Part shown: positions 1 to 11,844 of the stretch, piece after piece
How positions within the stretch are numbered: the first letter of the stretch is position 1
Layout of the letters: each line of letters begins with the position of its first letter
From: Candidatus Poseidoniaceae archaeon
GTDB lineage: Archaea > Thermoplasmatota > Poseidoniia > Poseidoniales > Poseidoniaceae
Assembly: GCA_949373075.1 (NCBI GenBank)
Contig: CASIBX010000008.1
Location: 985 to 64,984, forward strand
Reading direction: 5' to 3'
Length of the DNA stretch: 64,000 bases
Translations under genes and position numbers: made by a program
Notes under the pieces: model-generated
Told to the model about the DNA's origin: nothing
The model's database searches: none
What the model saw: the letters and a program-made list of their open reading frames with translations, nothing else

Positions 1-1389
1 AGTAGGAGTGTGAACTAACCATTTGTGATTGACTACATCCACCGATCCTTCAACGTAACAAGTTTCAATTTGGACATCGTTATCTTCACACCACTTGTCA
101 GACATAGGAAGCATGATGTAAGCCCATGCGTGACCTTGCCAGGATTCGAATTTCGAATCAGTTAGGGCTCCAAAGACATACCATGTTGGAATACCTTTCA
201 CACGCATGATACTCATGAAAGCATTAGACTGTTCATCACAATCGCCCATTCCAGCATCTAGACATTGTTCACCACTGCGTGCCACATTAGGTGCATTGGT
301 GTCGTAAGGAACATTAGTATTCAGCCAATCGAAGGTTGCTCTTGCATATGCATATGCATTATCTTTCAAATCTCCTGGCAAGTTAGCTTCAATGCTAGAA
401 GCAACTTGGTAAATATTCGGAGCTTGAGATTGTCTTCCATCAATGGCCCAGTTAGATGGTGATGTGCCCTCATTACGATCATACCAATTCATCGTCGAGG
501 CAAATGTGTTCGCTCTTGAACCCCAGCCGCGTTCACTAATGTCATCAAATGTTCCCGAACGTGCTACACTTACACCTTCGGACTTACCCTCGATTTTTCC
601 ATCCATTCGGGTGGAATGCCACCATGTGTGAGTGCTCGAATGCAGAGTCACGGCAAAATCTACTTTTTCGTGAGTACCTGCTGGCACATCGATAGAAACT
701 CGTACACATGGACCGTGAGGACAGTAATCTGAACCAGTACCTTGTCCTGGCCACCAAACTAGATTACCATCAGATGTTACTACAGCATTGGCCTTACTTT
801 TTGTTCCAACTTTAGGTATAGTTATCTCATCCCCATCGATACGTAACTCCATACCGATTATCTTCTGAATATTCGACTTTTCAACTTCGGTCCCATCATT
901 AAATGCTAGAGCCACTGGGCCCAATTCATCACTTGAAACATCACTTGGCAGAGGTATCGATTCTTCTAGATGACCAACACCTGAACCATTATTCCATAGA
1001 TCGATTCCACGAATTACCGTGTATTCTGCTTCTAATGGATAAACTTGGTGAGGAGCTAAACCTTCCATCACATATTCTTCCAATTCAGCCCACTTTGCCA
1101 ATACGAATTCTCTTGCATCAGGCGTGAAGAAAATAAATGCGATTAATGCAACCAATCCGAGTTGGTTTATTTTACTCTTTTTTCGCCTTCCGCCTCGTTT
1201 AGTTTTTCCACTTTTCATCGAGTGTCTTGGAGCAACTCCAGTCCTCGCTTTCCGTGTGGAACCGCGCATGAATTCTCCCTTAACACGAGTATCCATACCG
1301 GATGCTCCTGTGATTACTCTACCACAACTGTAGCAGATAGAATCGCCCGCAAGGGTTTGGGCACGGCAGAAGGGACATGTTCCCATCAT
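1..1389 (-). CDS. Transglutaminase-like domain protein with N-terminal Zn ribbon and one TM helix (3'-partial, runs off window; absent from ORF track)
   Basis: Manual translation of both ends (middle not fully checked): MMGTCPFCRAQTLAGDSICYSCGR, basic stretch, hydrophobic LGLVALIAFIFF, then GMGDCDEQSNAF...GIPT...GHAW...VDVVN, a transglutaminase-like Cys-His-Asp triad; both ends lie in the same frame. Confidence 0.8.
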   Translation of the reverse strand, partial: MMGTCPFCRAQTLAGDSICYSCGRVITGASGMDTRVKGEFMRGSTRKARTGVAPRHSMKSGKTKRGGRRKKSKINQLGLVALIAFIFFTPDAREFVLAKWAELEEYVMEGLAPHQVYPLEAEYTVIRGIDLWNNGSGVGHLEESIPLPSDVSSDELGPVALAFNDGTEVEKSNIQKIIGMELRIDGDEITIPKVGTKSKANAVVTSDGNLVWWPGQGTGSDYCPHGPCVRVSIDVPAGTHEKVDFAVTLHSSTHTWWHSTRMDGKIEGKSEGVSVARSGTFDDISERGWGSRANTFASTMNWYDRNEGTSPSNWAIDGRQSQAPNIYQVASSIEANLPGDLKDNAYAYARATFDWLNTNVPYDTNAPNVARSGEQCLDAGMGDCDEQSNAFMSIMRVKGIPTWYVFGALTDSKFESWQGHAWAYIMLPMSDKWCEDNDVQIETCYVEGSVDVVNHKWLVHTPT

Positions 1390-1495
1390 TTGGTACCCTG
1401 AACAGTACCCCCATGAAGGTTATCCATGATTATAAAAGTGAAAATTTCTATGTTTTTCGATAAAACTACTCCAAGTGACTTTAGTGAACAACTGC

Positions 1496-2218
1496 TTACT
1501 CTTCTTCAGAAGAATTATTCTTAGATGCGTCTGACCATATTCGCCTCAGGCGCCTTCTAGCAGGGTTTGGCACAGCCGCCCACACCCAATCCTGCGCCTT
1601 CTTTTCAGATAAGAGTAGAACTGGAAGCACAAATATCCAAGTTTTTGGATCAAATATTGCTGAATATATCGCAAATAGTAAAACAGTACAAAAGATGAAT
1701 GTTTTGAGGGTTGCTTTCCATCTTTTACCTAACAACATATCATATCCGTGCCTACAGAATATCAGGGCATGTCCTCTAGGGCTAACAATTGCTATCATGG
1801 CAATTGTAATAATAGTCATAATTGTTATTCCACCTGGTTCCAATACTCTGTATATGGAATACATTGCAACCATGCCGCCTACTGAGAGTCCCAAGGCCCA
1901 ACCGGTTGTTGGCTGAGACCCTGTTCTACGAACTCTTTCTCTTCTTAGTATCATGTGAACTATTACTGATAGAATAAGACAAAGAATAACATTGGTGAAA
2001 GGGAACCCCTCATCAGTCGTAATTAACGGTCTTAGGATGAAGCTATCGGCTAAATTACCGTAGAAACCCCCAAGCAGAATTCCCCAGAACATCATACTCC
2101 ATGCAGTTGTTAAGTCGTAAAACCCAGAATATCTGGTCATTACACCTCGCCATCCTAACCCCATGCCAACTAGTGCGACGATTGAAGCGACCTGGAATAG
2201 GATAAGGTCGCTTGCCAT
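1496..2218 (-). CDS. Hypothetical multi-pass membrane protein
   Basis: ORF with about 7 hydrophobic segments; likely start MASDL at 2218. Confidence 0.7.
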   Translation of the reverse strand: MASDLILFQVASIVALVGMGLGWRGVMTRYSGFYDLTTAWSMMFWGILLGGFYGNLADSFILRPLITTDEGFPFTNVILCLILSVIVHMILRRERVRRTGSQPTTGWALGLSVGGMVAMYSIYRVLEPGGITIMTIITIAMIAIVSPRGHALIFCRHGYDMLLGKRWKATLKTFIFCTVLLFAIYSAIFDPKTWIFVLPVLLLSEKKAQDWVWAAVPNPARRRLRRIWSDASKNNSSEEE

Positions 2219-2295
2219 GTTACACCCCTGTAAACCACTATTCAAGTGAGTTGTGTAAACCTAAGGCTTGAATATGCCCGTCTCGAGGCTTACTT

Positions 2296-3459
2296 ATGGC
2301 ACGACTACTACTATTCGGTGGAAAAGGTGGCGTTGGTAAGACAACAACTTCTACTTCAACTGCTGTTGGTTTGGCTGATGCTGGATTGAAAGTCTTGCTT
2401 GTTAGCAGTGACCCTGCTCACAGCACATCAGATAGTCTAGGTGTCCAACTAAACTCTTCGCCCATGGAAGTCGAAGGTGTGCCTGGTCTTTGGGGCGTCG
2501 AGTTAGACCCTGAGGCTCGGATCTCAGATCATATTCCCAAGTTAACAGAAAGTTTAGGTCCGCTATTAGGTGGAGAGTCGCTGGACATGAATGCCTCTGA
2601 AATGGTACTTCCTGGACTTGATGAGGCTATGGCCTTTGACGAATTACTCAAACATCTTGAAAACCCAGATTGGGATGTTATTGTTTTTGACACTGCCCCA
2701 ACTGGTCATACGCTGCGTTTCCTCGCTCTGCCTGAAATCATTGAAAAGTGGGCGGATAAAATAATCAAGATGCACAGAGTAACCGGCGGCATTAGGGCAA
2801 TGATGTTTGGTGCTAAAGATGGCGATAAAATGAAGGCTGAGTTGGATAAGTTCCGTCGCCGAGTTTTACATGTAAGGCGCATATTATGCAATCCTGAAGT
2901 TACTCGTTTTACATTGGTAACCATTCCTGAAAAAATGGGTGTTAACGAAACTGTAAGAGCACATCACGCATTAGCAGAATTCAATCTGCCAGTGAGTGGG
3001 TGCGTGATTAATCGTATGACTCCTGATCTCGACCATGAGTTTATTCAAACTCGCAGAATTAACGAGAAATCGAACGTGGAATTACTAAAATCACAATTAC
3101 CAGACTTACATTTACATGAGGTTGAGTTGAAAGACACTGATATTCATGGTCTTGAATCACTGAGGGAGATGTCTAGCGAGTTACATGGCTCCATTTCTAT
3201 CGATGACGGTTTGGGGCCATTTTCGGTAGGTTTGGGTCTGGATGTTCACAGAGGAACTTGGTCTGAAGGCGATGATGTTTTACTACACTTACCCGGAATA
3301 GTTAGAGAAGACCTTTCTTTACGCAGTGAAGGCGGAACAGTGCTTGTTGGAATAAATGAGAGAGAACACCCTGTACCCTTCAATCGCCCAGCCAAGGCAA
3401 GTGAAGTCAATGCTAAACTCGAAAATGAAGTTCTCAGATTAACATTCCCTCCTGAATAA
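2296..3459 (+). CDS. ArsA/Get3(TRC40)-family ATPase with C-terminal HSP20/alpha-crystallin-like domain
   Basis: GGKGGVGKTT deviant Walker A, SSDPAHS, DTAPTGHTLRFL; C-terminus LHLPGI.REDLSL....G..L.V...A..AKLENEVLRLTF. Confidence 0.88.
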   Translation: MARLLLFGGKGGVGKTTTSTSTAVGLADAGLKVLLVSSDPAHSTSDSLGVQLNSSPMEVEGVPGLWGVELDPEARISDHIPKLTESLGPLLGGESLDMNASEMVLPGLDEAMAFDELLKHLENPDWDVIVFDTAPTGHTLRFLALPEIIEKWADKIIKMHRVTGGIRAMMFGAKDGDKMKAELDKFRRRVLHVRRILCNPEVTRFTLVTIPEKMGVNETVRAHHALAEFNLPVSGCVINRMTPDLDHEFIQTRRINEKSNVELLKSQLPDLHLHEVELKDTDIHGLESLREMSSELHGSISIDDGLGPFSVGLGLDVHRGTWSEGDDVLLHLPGIVREDLSLRSEGGTVLVGINEREHPVPFNRPAKASEVNAKLENEVLRLTFPPE

Positions 3460-3501
3460 TCTTCCGTTGGGTTCAAACCCAATGCACTTTTGGGCATCAG
3501 C

Positions 3502-4875
3502 ATGGCACTCGAGTCACTCTCCAGAGGTATCTTCTCTGCACTCGGTTTGCTCAAGAATAAACGTAAGCTGGATGAAGACGAATTAAAGGAGATGCTTCGC
3601 TCTCTTAGAAGGGCATTACAGGAGGCGGATTTCAACGTCAGGCAGACAAAGGAAATCACAGATAAACTTGAGATGAGGATGCGAGAGGATGAGCCAAGAC
3701 CTGGCGTCAACCTTCAGACCCATGCTATGAATATTCTTTACACTGAATTGGTAAGACTACTAGGCCCATCCCGTGAGGTCAGGCCGCATCAGTCCACCAT
3801 ATTGATGGTCGGACTATACGGTAATGGAAAGACCACCAGTACTGCTAAGTTGGCTGAATGGTACAGAAAGAAGCACGGTGTTCGTGTCGCAGTAATCGAG
3901 GCTGACGTACATCGACCAGGTGCATATAATCAACTCTCACAATTATTAGAGGACTCTACGGTTGAAGTATATGGAGAACCAGATAATAAGAGCGCTGTTG
4001 ACATTGTTAAGAACGGTCTCAAAGCACATGCTGCTGCCGATTTAGTCATTATCGATACAGCGGGCCGTCATAAATTGGATCAAGATCTAGTTGTGGAATT
4101 AGAACAGATTTCTGAAATTGCAAATGCAAATGAAAGGTTCCTTGTCATCGATGCCCAAGTCGGCCAATCAGCCGGACCAGTAGCTGCCAATTTCCACGAT
4201 CTTGCAGGTGTTACTGGTATTGTAATCACTAAACTGGATGGTACCGCAAGAGGTGGTGGCGCACTTTCTGCTGTTGCGACAACTGGTGCACCCGTGATGT
4301 ATATCGGAACTGGAGAGAAAGTTGGAGACATTGAGAAATTTGAATCGGACAGATTCATTTCAAGATTGTTAGGAATGGGTGACATTAGGGGATTGATTGA
4401 TCTTGCCCCTGAAGATATGGATGAAGAAGAAGCAATGCGTATCACTCAACGCATGATGTCTGGTCGCTTTACTCTCAATGACATGTATTCTCAAATGGAA
4501 ATGATGTCCAAAGTTGGCACTATTGACAAATTACTTTCTTTCCTTCCATCGGGAATGTTCGGTGGAATGGGCGCCATGGGCAAGAACCAGAAAGAGGCAA
4601 TGCAAGGTAACTTAGATCGTTATCAAGTTATCATGGACTCTATGACAACTAATGAAAAAGACGAACCTGCTAAGATTAAAGCAGACCGTATCCGAAGAAT
4701 TGCCCGTGGTTCTGGAGTTAAAGAGAAAGATGTCCGCGAACTTATTGGCCAATGGAATCGTTCTCGAAAGATGATGAAGGGAATGAGCGGTAATCGTAAG
4801 ATGAACAAACAGATGAAGCAAATGATGCGTGACTCTGAAATGGAAGATCTTGGAATCGGATCTCGAGATATGTAA
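3502..4875 (+). CDS. srp54: Signal recognition particle protein SRP54
   Basis: ALQEADFN, GLYGNGKTT, DVHRPGA, DTAGRH, TKLDGTARGGGALS, Met-rich M domain with RIRRIARGSG. Confidence 0.97.
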   Translation: MALESLSRGIFSALGLLKNKRKLDEDELKEMLRSLRRALQEADFNVRQTKEITDKLEMRMREDEPRPGVNLQTHAMNILYTELVRLLGPSREVRPHQSTILMVGLYGNGKTTSTAKLAEWYRKKHGVRVAVIEADVHRPGAYNQLSQLLEDSTVEVYGEPDNKSAVDIVKNGLKAHAAADLVIIDTAGRHKLDQDLVVELEQISEIANANERFLVIDAQVGQSAGPVAANFHDLAGVTGIVITKLDGTARGGGALSAVATTGAPVMYIGTGEKVGDIEKFESDRFISRLLGMGDIRGLIDLAPEDMDEEEAMRITQRMMSGRFTLNDMYSQMEMMSKVGTIDKLLSFLPSGMFGGMGAMGKNQKEAMQGNLDRYQVIMDSMTTNEKDEPAKIKADRIRRIARGSGVKEKDVRELIGQWNRSRKMMKGMSGNRKMNKQMKQMMRDSEMEDLGIGSRDM

Positions 4876-6371
4876 TCAGTATGTCTTAGCAAGAAGCACT
4901 CTTCTTGTAGTCGGTTTACCTGACATGAAGCAAGGTCTTTCCACATCATAAGGTTCTGTTGCATCACCTAAGGAATGAAAGCCCAGTAGTTCGTTCTATA
5001 GTTTCAGCATGTGAGTCTGTGCCATCGAAAGCCATCTCGTAAATTTTACCATCTTCAACATCATCTAGGCTCGTTAATGGGACTACTACATTTTCAGTGT
5101 GAGCACTTGCTCTAAACGTAATTCATCGGCAATTTCGATTAATACATTGCGACATTCTTCAACGATATTTGTCAATGGAAGAGGTCTCTTTCCACCAGTA
5201 CTGATTGCTGCAAATGCAGAGTCGTTTTCTATATCTCGAGGACCAATATCCAGGCGTAGTGGAACACCCTTTGATTTCCCAATCGAAATACTTCTGTCCT
5301 GCATGGATGTCCCTAGAGTCTACCTTTACACGTAGGCCTGCCGATCTTTAGAATAGTTGCAACTTCGTTGCTTTAGCCACAGTGTCAACTTCTGAGTTTT
5401 TGCGAATCATTGGACAGATTACTATCTGGTGAGGAGCTATTGCTGGTGGCATTATCAATCCATTATCATCACCATGCATTCCAACAATAGCGCCAAGTAA
5501 ACGCTCAGACATACCGTATGTTGTTTGGTGGCAGTGCTGTTGTTGGGCATCCAAATTCTCATATGACAAATCGAATGCCTTTGCCCATTGGTCACGATAA
5601 TGGTGGCAAGAAGCTACCTGTAATGTACGACCATTCGGCATTATGGCATCGATTGCAATAGTGTACCATGCTCCTGGAAATGTATCCCAAACAGGACGCT
5701 TCGCCTTAATTACAGGTAAGCATAGGTCGTGCATTAAATTATCAACTATCTCCAAATCTTGAGCGATCTGTCTGACTTGCACAATCTTCGTCAGCATGAG
5801 CTGTATGCGCTTCGAAAAAGTGAATTTCTCTGACCCGAATAAATGAACGGGTTTGTTTTGTTTCATATCTGAATGTGTTGACCATCTGGTATACTTTCAA
5901 TGGCAAATCTTTGTGTGAACGAACCCACAATGGGAACATTGTGTACATCGCCGTTTCACTAGTAGGACGCAAAAACATAGGAATATCCAATTCATTATCG
6001 CCTGCATGTTTGACCCAGTAAACTTCTTTCTTGAATCCACCTTCTTCATCTTCACCGCGTAAATCGTCAGGGTCTACTCCTTCTTCCCTAGCGCGTTTCA
6101 ATCGAGCAACTAGTGCATTTTCCTTATCGAGTAGGTTTTCAGGAATCAGTAATGGGAAATTAACCTCTTCATGGTCGGTCCTTTCCATTTCTGCATGTGT
6201 AAGGGCATCGATAAGTTTCATGGTTCGCCAGCCATAAGGCCTCCATACATCCATTCCCTTGATTGGATATCTCTTATCGACAAGTTCTGCCGCCTCGACA
6301 ATAAAGGGGTACCATGAATTGAAATCCTCAATCTTGGAAGGTATTCCGCGCTTGGCTTTGCCATTTCCCAT
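4876..6371 (-). CDS. proS: Proline--tRNA ligase (archaeal/eukaryotic type), broken by several frameshifts, probably sequence errors
   Basis: Fragments [73 protein letters not shown]; terminal LAKTY* at 4876. Confidence 0.92.
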
Positions 6372-6410
6372 AATTAGTACTCCTAAGAGGCCGTTCATCA
6401 AATTGCCGCA

Positions 6411-6946
6411 TCACTTTCGCACGAAAGCGACAATGAGTAATAGTAAACTTGAATCCCACGGCAATATAATCTGGGATACCGATTTCAGGGTAAGGTAGTG
6501 ACCATCCCATTTCATTAGAAATTTGATTAATTCCTGCCCAATTGATTCTGCTAGAGTCTGAATTACAGGTATCTGCTGAGCACAGAGTAGTAAGGAACCC
6601 CAATGCTCCAAAAATATTAGCAACTGCTACAGAAAGGGCTGAAAAACTGAAAAACTTCAGTACATATCCCTTCTTAACATTCTTTGTTGCTGCGATTTCT
6701 GGAAGAGCAGGCATTGGTAAAGTAATTGGGTTGGAGCCAGGAACGACTTCTATCATTGAATCATGTGAAGTTACTGCAGTAGATTACTTCAACATGCGGT
6801 ACCTCAGGTTCATGGCTAGACTTAGTAGGCGTAATCGGTTCAATGTTCAGACCGAAAATACGCTCTGCAAGGCTGGCAAGAATAGGGTCAGAAGCGATTT
6901 CTGCCTCATCGATATCGCCATCGAGAAGACGCTTTACTTTGCTCAT
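6411..6946 (-). CDS. Hypothetical membrane protein, frameshifted
   Basis: Consecutive minus-strand fragments 6761-6946, 6328-6756 and 6411-6623 form one plausible protein with TM segments. Confidence 0.5.
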
Positions 6947-7011
6947 CGTGACTGGTCATATCATTCGCCTCCTAACCGATGTGGGCAGGTGCTCATTATC
7001 AAGCGTTCGCT

Positions 7012-7673
7012 TCAAGCATTACCTGCTGCTTCAACCTCAGCCCAGTCTTTCATGAATCCAGCAAGCCCTTTGTCGGTTAGAGGATGGCTCATCAATTGGC
7101 GGAAGGTTTTGGTTGGCATTGTTACAGTGTGTGCGCCCAATTGCATACAAGCCAAAACGTGAGTTGGGTGGCGTATTGATGCTGCGAGAACCTTGGTATC
7201 GAACATTGTAATTATCCCAGGTAGCCATAATCTCTGCAATCAGAGCCATTCCATCAGCACCAGTATCATCTATACGTCCAATAAATGGTGAAACATATGT
7301 CGCACCAGCCTTTGCAGCCATCAATGCTTGAGCAGCAGAGAATACTAGTGTGACATTTGTCTTAATTCCATCATCAGTAAGGATTTTTGTTGCAGCTAAG
7401 CCTTCAGGAGTACAAGGAATCTTGATTATCACATTAGGCGGTAATTCTTCTTTCAATGCTCTACCCTGTTCTACCATTCCGGCAGTATCTAATGCGGTTA
7501 CTTCTGCAGAAATTGGGCCGTCACAAATCGATGCGATTTCGGCAACAACCGTTTTGAAGTCTCTTCCACTCTTCTTAATCAAAGAAGGGTTTGTGGTTAC
7601 TCCATCCAGAATACCCCAAGAGGCAATTTCACGAATTTCATCAACATCAGCGGTGTCTAGAGAAGAACTCCAT
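7012..7673 (-). CDS. tal: Transaldolase / fructose-6-phosphate aldolase family, frameshifted
   Basis: M-E-F-F-(fs)-[55 protein letters not shown]. Confidence 0.92.
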
Positions 7674-7699
7674 GACATGGTGTCGCAGTAGACGGTGCT

Positions 7700-8648
7700 T
7701 CAAGCCTTCCTCGCGATTGCCCTCTTTGCAGCATCGGAAATATGGTGGGATTTCAACCCCATCATTTCCAACATTTCGTCAGAACTCTGCCGACTCGCCA
7801 AAGCGATCTGGAACTCCGATTCTCTCCATTGGGATTGGATTTGTTGTGATTAAATGCTCAGCAACCGCTCCACCTAGTCCGCCAATTATAGAGTGGTCTT
7901 CTGCGGTGACTATTGCACCATGAGTCGCCGCCAGTGAATCTATTAGTTTTGTATCCAATGGTTTGAGAGTATGCATGTCAATAACAGATGCACTTACTCC
8001 CTCTGCAGCCAATGCTTCTGCAGCATTGATTGCTTCGTGTACAAGAACTCCACATGCAATTATAGCAACATCGCTACCTTCTTTGACAACCATTCCTTTT
8101 CCAATTTTAATTTCATCTTCACGGCCATCGTAAAGAACTGGTGTTTTGTTACGAGCAGTACGCATGTAAGACGGACTTCCTAAATCTGGAAGTTGCATAG
8201 TTAGCGCTTTTGTAGATACATCATCACACGGATGCATGACAACGACATTAGGTAGATGTACGGTAAATTGCCAAGTCCTCAATCGATTGAGCGCTGGAGC
8301 CGTCTGTACCCGTGTGTGTCCCACCATGGGAACCACATAGGTGGACAGCCAAGATTAGGCCTAGCAACTCCATTACGCATCTGTTCAAAGGCCCTTTCGG
8401 TAAATATTGCAAAGGTGCTTGCAAATGGAATATACCCGCTGGATGCTAAGACCCGCGCCACTTACCAATAGCATATTCTGTTCACCAATTCCACAAGAAA
8501 CAGTGCGCTCAGGGTGTGCTTTTCTGAAGTGTAGGGACTTGGTTGATTTACCTAAGGTCTGCCTCTAGGACGACGACCTTCGGATTACCGGCAAGAGCCA
8601 GATAGTGCCTCCCCGTATCCGTCTCTGGTTGCGGCCATACTGGCTCAT
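7700..8648 (-). CDS. Transketolase C-terminal (pyrimidine-binding) subunit, frameshifted
   Basis: GIGEQNM, PFASTFAIF..RAFEQ.R, PSYMRTAR, IDMHTLKPLD, TAEDHSIIGGLG, RFGES. Confidence 0.9.
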
Positions 8649-9481
8649 GCATTCCACCCCTAGTTCACCTAAGAGCCAGATTGCCAACTGTTCATCTGAA
8701 GGTGCCGCCCCATGGAAAGCGGGATTATTCTCCATGAACGAGACACCCTTTCCTTTCACTGTATTTGCGATTACAACTGCTGGTTTGTCTTTTATTGAGT
8801 CCATCCATTCAATTGCTGTAACTATCTCTGACATGTTGTGCCCATCGATAACTTTGACAGCCCAACCGAATGAATTCCACTTTGCAGGTATGTCGAACAT
8901 CCTCATCTGAGTTTCACAGAAATCATCATTTTGGATACGGTTACAATCTAGGAATAATTTCAGATTGCCCAGTTCATGATGTGCAGCCGCCATAGCTGCT
9001 TCCCAAATACTACCTTCCTGGATCTCACCATCACCGACCATCACATACGCATTTCTGTCTGAACCATCAAGTTTAGCAGCAATGGCACAGCCCATAGCCA
9101 TATGATAGTCCCATTCCAAGACTACCTGCAGAGAAATCAACCCCTGGGCACCATTTCATGTCTACGTGGCCTTGGCAAACGCCACCTTTTACACGATAAG
9201 ATTCCAAATCAGCATGAGAAATGAATCCCATCTCTGCCAATACCGCATACATACCTGGTGATGCGTGTCCTTTGGATAGAATAAACCGATCACGGTCTTC
9301 CCACTTCTGGATTATCTGGTTGAACCCTCAACCTGCTACCGTACAGCGCACATAGAATATCAATTTCCGAAAGGGAACCACCTGGGTGTCCTGCTTGAGC
9401 ACGATGAACCATCTTGCAAATTTCAATACGACATTTACGTGCCATTTCTTCTAGTTCTGAGATATTCATTGCAGCCATCAA
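8645..9481 (-). CDS. Transketolase N-terminal (TPP-binding) subunit, frameshifted
   Basis: AGHPGGSLS, DRFILSKGHASP, GDGEIQEGSIWEA, IDGHN, TVKGKGVSFMEN...HG. Confidence 0.9.
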
Positions 9482-9543
9482 TGCCCCTTCCGAAACATGG
9501 CCTTTGACTATGGCCTTTGATGGTTGTGTTCAGAAACTACGAA

Positions 9544-11721
9544 TTAATCATCTCGGCGTATCTTGAAAATCTTGATTTTAGCGAGTCCAGACAGTGTGAA
9601 AACATTCCTCAATCTTTGGGCAGCATCGGATAGAACATACATGAAATCCCCGAATAAGTTTCCTTTCGTCGGTAATGATCTTGCAGTTAGCATAATGAAT
9701 ACTCCAACAAACCACGCATAGAATAGCATAGACCACCCTTCTGTTAGAGTGCCTATTCCACCAAACCAGTCTTCAGGCAGTATTCCTTTGCCGGGCCATT
9801 CCTTGTTGGCTACTATGAATATAGCCAATAAAACGCCCATCAATGACTCACCTGCGATAAACCCGGCCCCGATTAAAACTCCTTTATCCTGGACTTCCTT
9901 AACAGCCGCTTTAGCCTCCTCAGATGTCTCACCTTCTAATGTATCATCTATTCTTAGCCGTGCACTAGATAAGAGTACATGCGAAATAATTCCTCCTGCC
10001 ATTATTGGTACTGAAAGGTACAGAGGTAGATATATTCCAATTGCAACACTCATTACAGGCATTGCTAATCTGATTAGGATAATCGCTATTACCCCACCTA
10101 GGAGTACCATTGGTAAATTCAAATCTCCACCAAATGCACCTTTGACAATCGCCCCAATAAGTTCTGCCTGTGGAGCCATTAAAGCATCATTAGCACAATC
10201 ATAAGTCGTGCCTTCTTGTAGTCCTGCATTGATACGTTCGTTGGTCCTTAGGCAAGCGGTTTGTGAAATTTGAAATGCATTGTGTAATATTGACAGAACC
10301 GGACCAATAACAATCGCTCCAACAACAACACCGATAATTTCAGCGGTTTGTTGTTTCCATGGCGTAGCGCCAACCATGTGGCCGGTCTTCAAATCCTGCA
10401 TCACATCACCAGCGATTGCGGCTGAAGTAGCAACAATGGCTGCAATAAACATTGTAGCAATCATCATCTCCCTTTCGGCCCATATTCATGATTAAGCCAC
10501 CAACAATCCATACAAGTCCGATTGTGAAAAGCAATGTTGCAATTGTCATACCGGATACTGGCGAGTTCGATGAACCCACAACTCCAGCGATATATCCGGC
10601 CACGGCTGCAAAGAAGAATGAAACCACTGCCAAGAATAGTGCGCCAGCAAATGCCATCGCCATGCTGCCAGTGGCATACCAATAGAATAGGAAAATCAGA
10701 TACGACTAAGTATCACCACAAAACATCATCACTTTATCCAAGGGCAGGTCCATTTCAGTCCGTAGGACTTTCTTGCATAGTGATCATCAGATTTCTTGAA
10801 GGACTGTGCAAGTCCCTTCGATGATGGTTTTGCGCATAGACCAAAGGGTGTATACTCCACCAACAACCATTGCACCGACGCCAACATACCTGAATCTGAC
10901 TATTCCAAACTAGCACCATAATCACCGGCTGTAGTAGATCCAAACATCTAATTACATTTGCTGGCGATCCAGATGGCAAAGCCGTTCATCAGACCGTATA
11001 TCGGCACTAACACTAGCAAAACCGACTACACCACCTAAGGAAGATGAAAGCAGCGATTCTTAATTCCAACGATATAACCCACAGAAAGTAGTGCGAGCGA
11101 TAAGTCGCTACCGGCATAGAATCTGGTTCCAACTAAACTTCCGACACCTTGTACCTTGGCTTGAGTTGCGGTGAATGCCTTGACCATCCAGCCGTAAGTC
11201 GCTCCAATTAGCAATGCATAAATGATTGCCACTAGTCCAGCGCCACCTTTTTCCCCAGCTACTAGAACCTCCTTGCATGCAACTCCTTCCGGATATGGCA
11301 ATGCTTCTTCAACAATAAATAAGCGCCTCAAGGCGATAGTAAACATGGTACCTAACAATCCTCCGAGTATTGCTATTAGGAAAGTATCAAGCCATTGAAT
11401 GTCATTCCAAATACCTATTACTAATAATGCAGGAACAGTAAAGATTACTCCAGCAGCCAATGATTCACCAGCACTCGCCATAGTCTGAACAGAGTTATTT
11501 TCTAAGATTGTTACATCTTTGAACTTAAATCCGCGTAATATCAGCATACTCATTACTGCTGCTGGAATGGATGCTGAAACGGTCATTCCAACGTAGAGTC
11601 CAAGATAAGCGTTAGCAGCTGTCATCACGCCGCCGAGTAGTACACCGATTATGATGACTCGAGTCGTGAGTTCCTTGATGTTACTATCAGCGGGAATCCA
11701 AGGCTCATTCTGCCCGCTCAT
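9544..11721 (-). CDS. OPT-family oligopeptide transporter, frameshifted
   Basis: ELTTR...ANAYLGLYVGMTVSASIPAAV, ENNSVQT.ASAGE, LPYPEG.AC, GSSNSPVSGMTIAT, DVMQDLKTGH.VGATP.KQQ, APQA. Confidence 0.92.
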
Positions 11722-11844
11722 AGGCTCCCCAATAGTATTCGCCTTGTGAAATAATCGGTTATGTCATTTTGGAACACCCACCCGTATAATGATAAAGTAT
11801 CTTATTTCCCCAAGTATAGAGCGACTTCGCTTTGGTGTTCAGTA

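Noticed and set aside
1270..1389. Riboswitch-like hairpin (GAGTATCC/GGATGCTC) upstream of ATG 1269
   Set aside because: The region is in-frame coding sequence for the Zn-ribbon N-terminus starting at 1389
2296..3459. Arsenic resistance operon
   Set aside because: No arsB/acr3/arsD/arsR adjacent; single ATPase domain with an HSP20-like tail; the ArsC-like gene is 60 kb away
4876..11721. Genuine pseudogene island or programmed frameshifting
   Set aside because: Indels hit essential proS, are numerous, show no common slippery motif and leave the protein motifs intact; sequence error is more parsimonious
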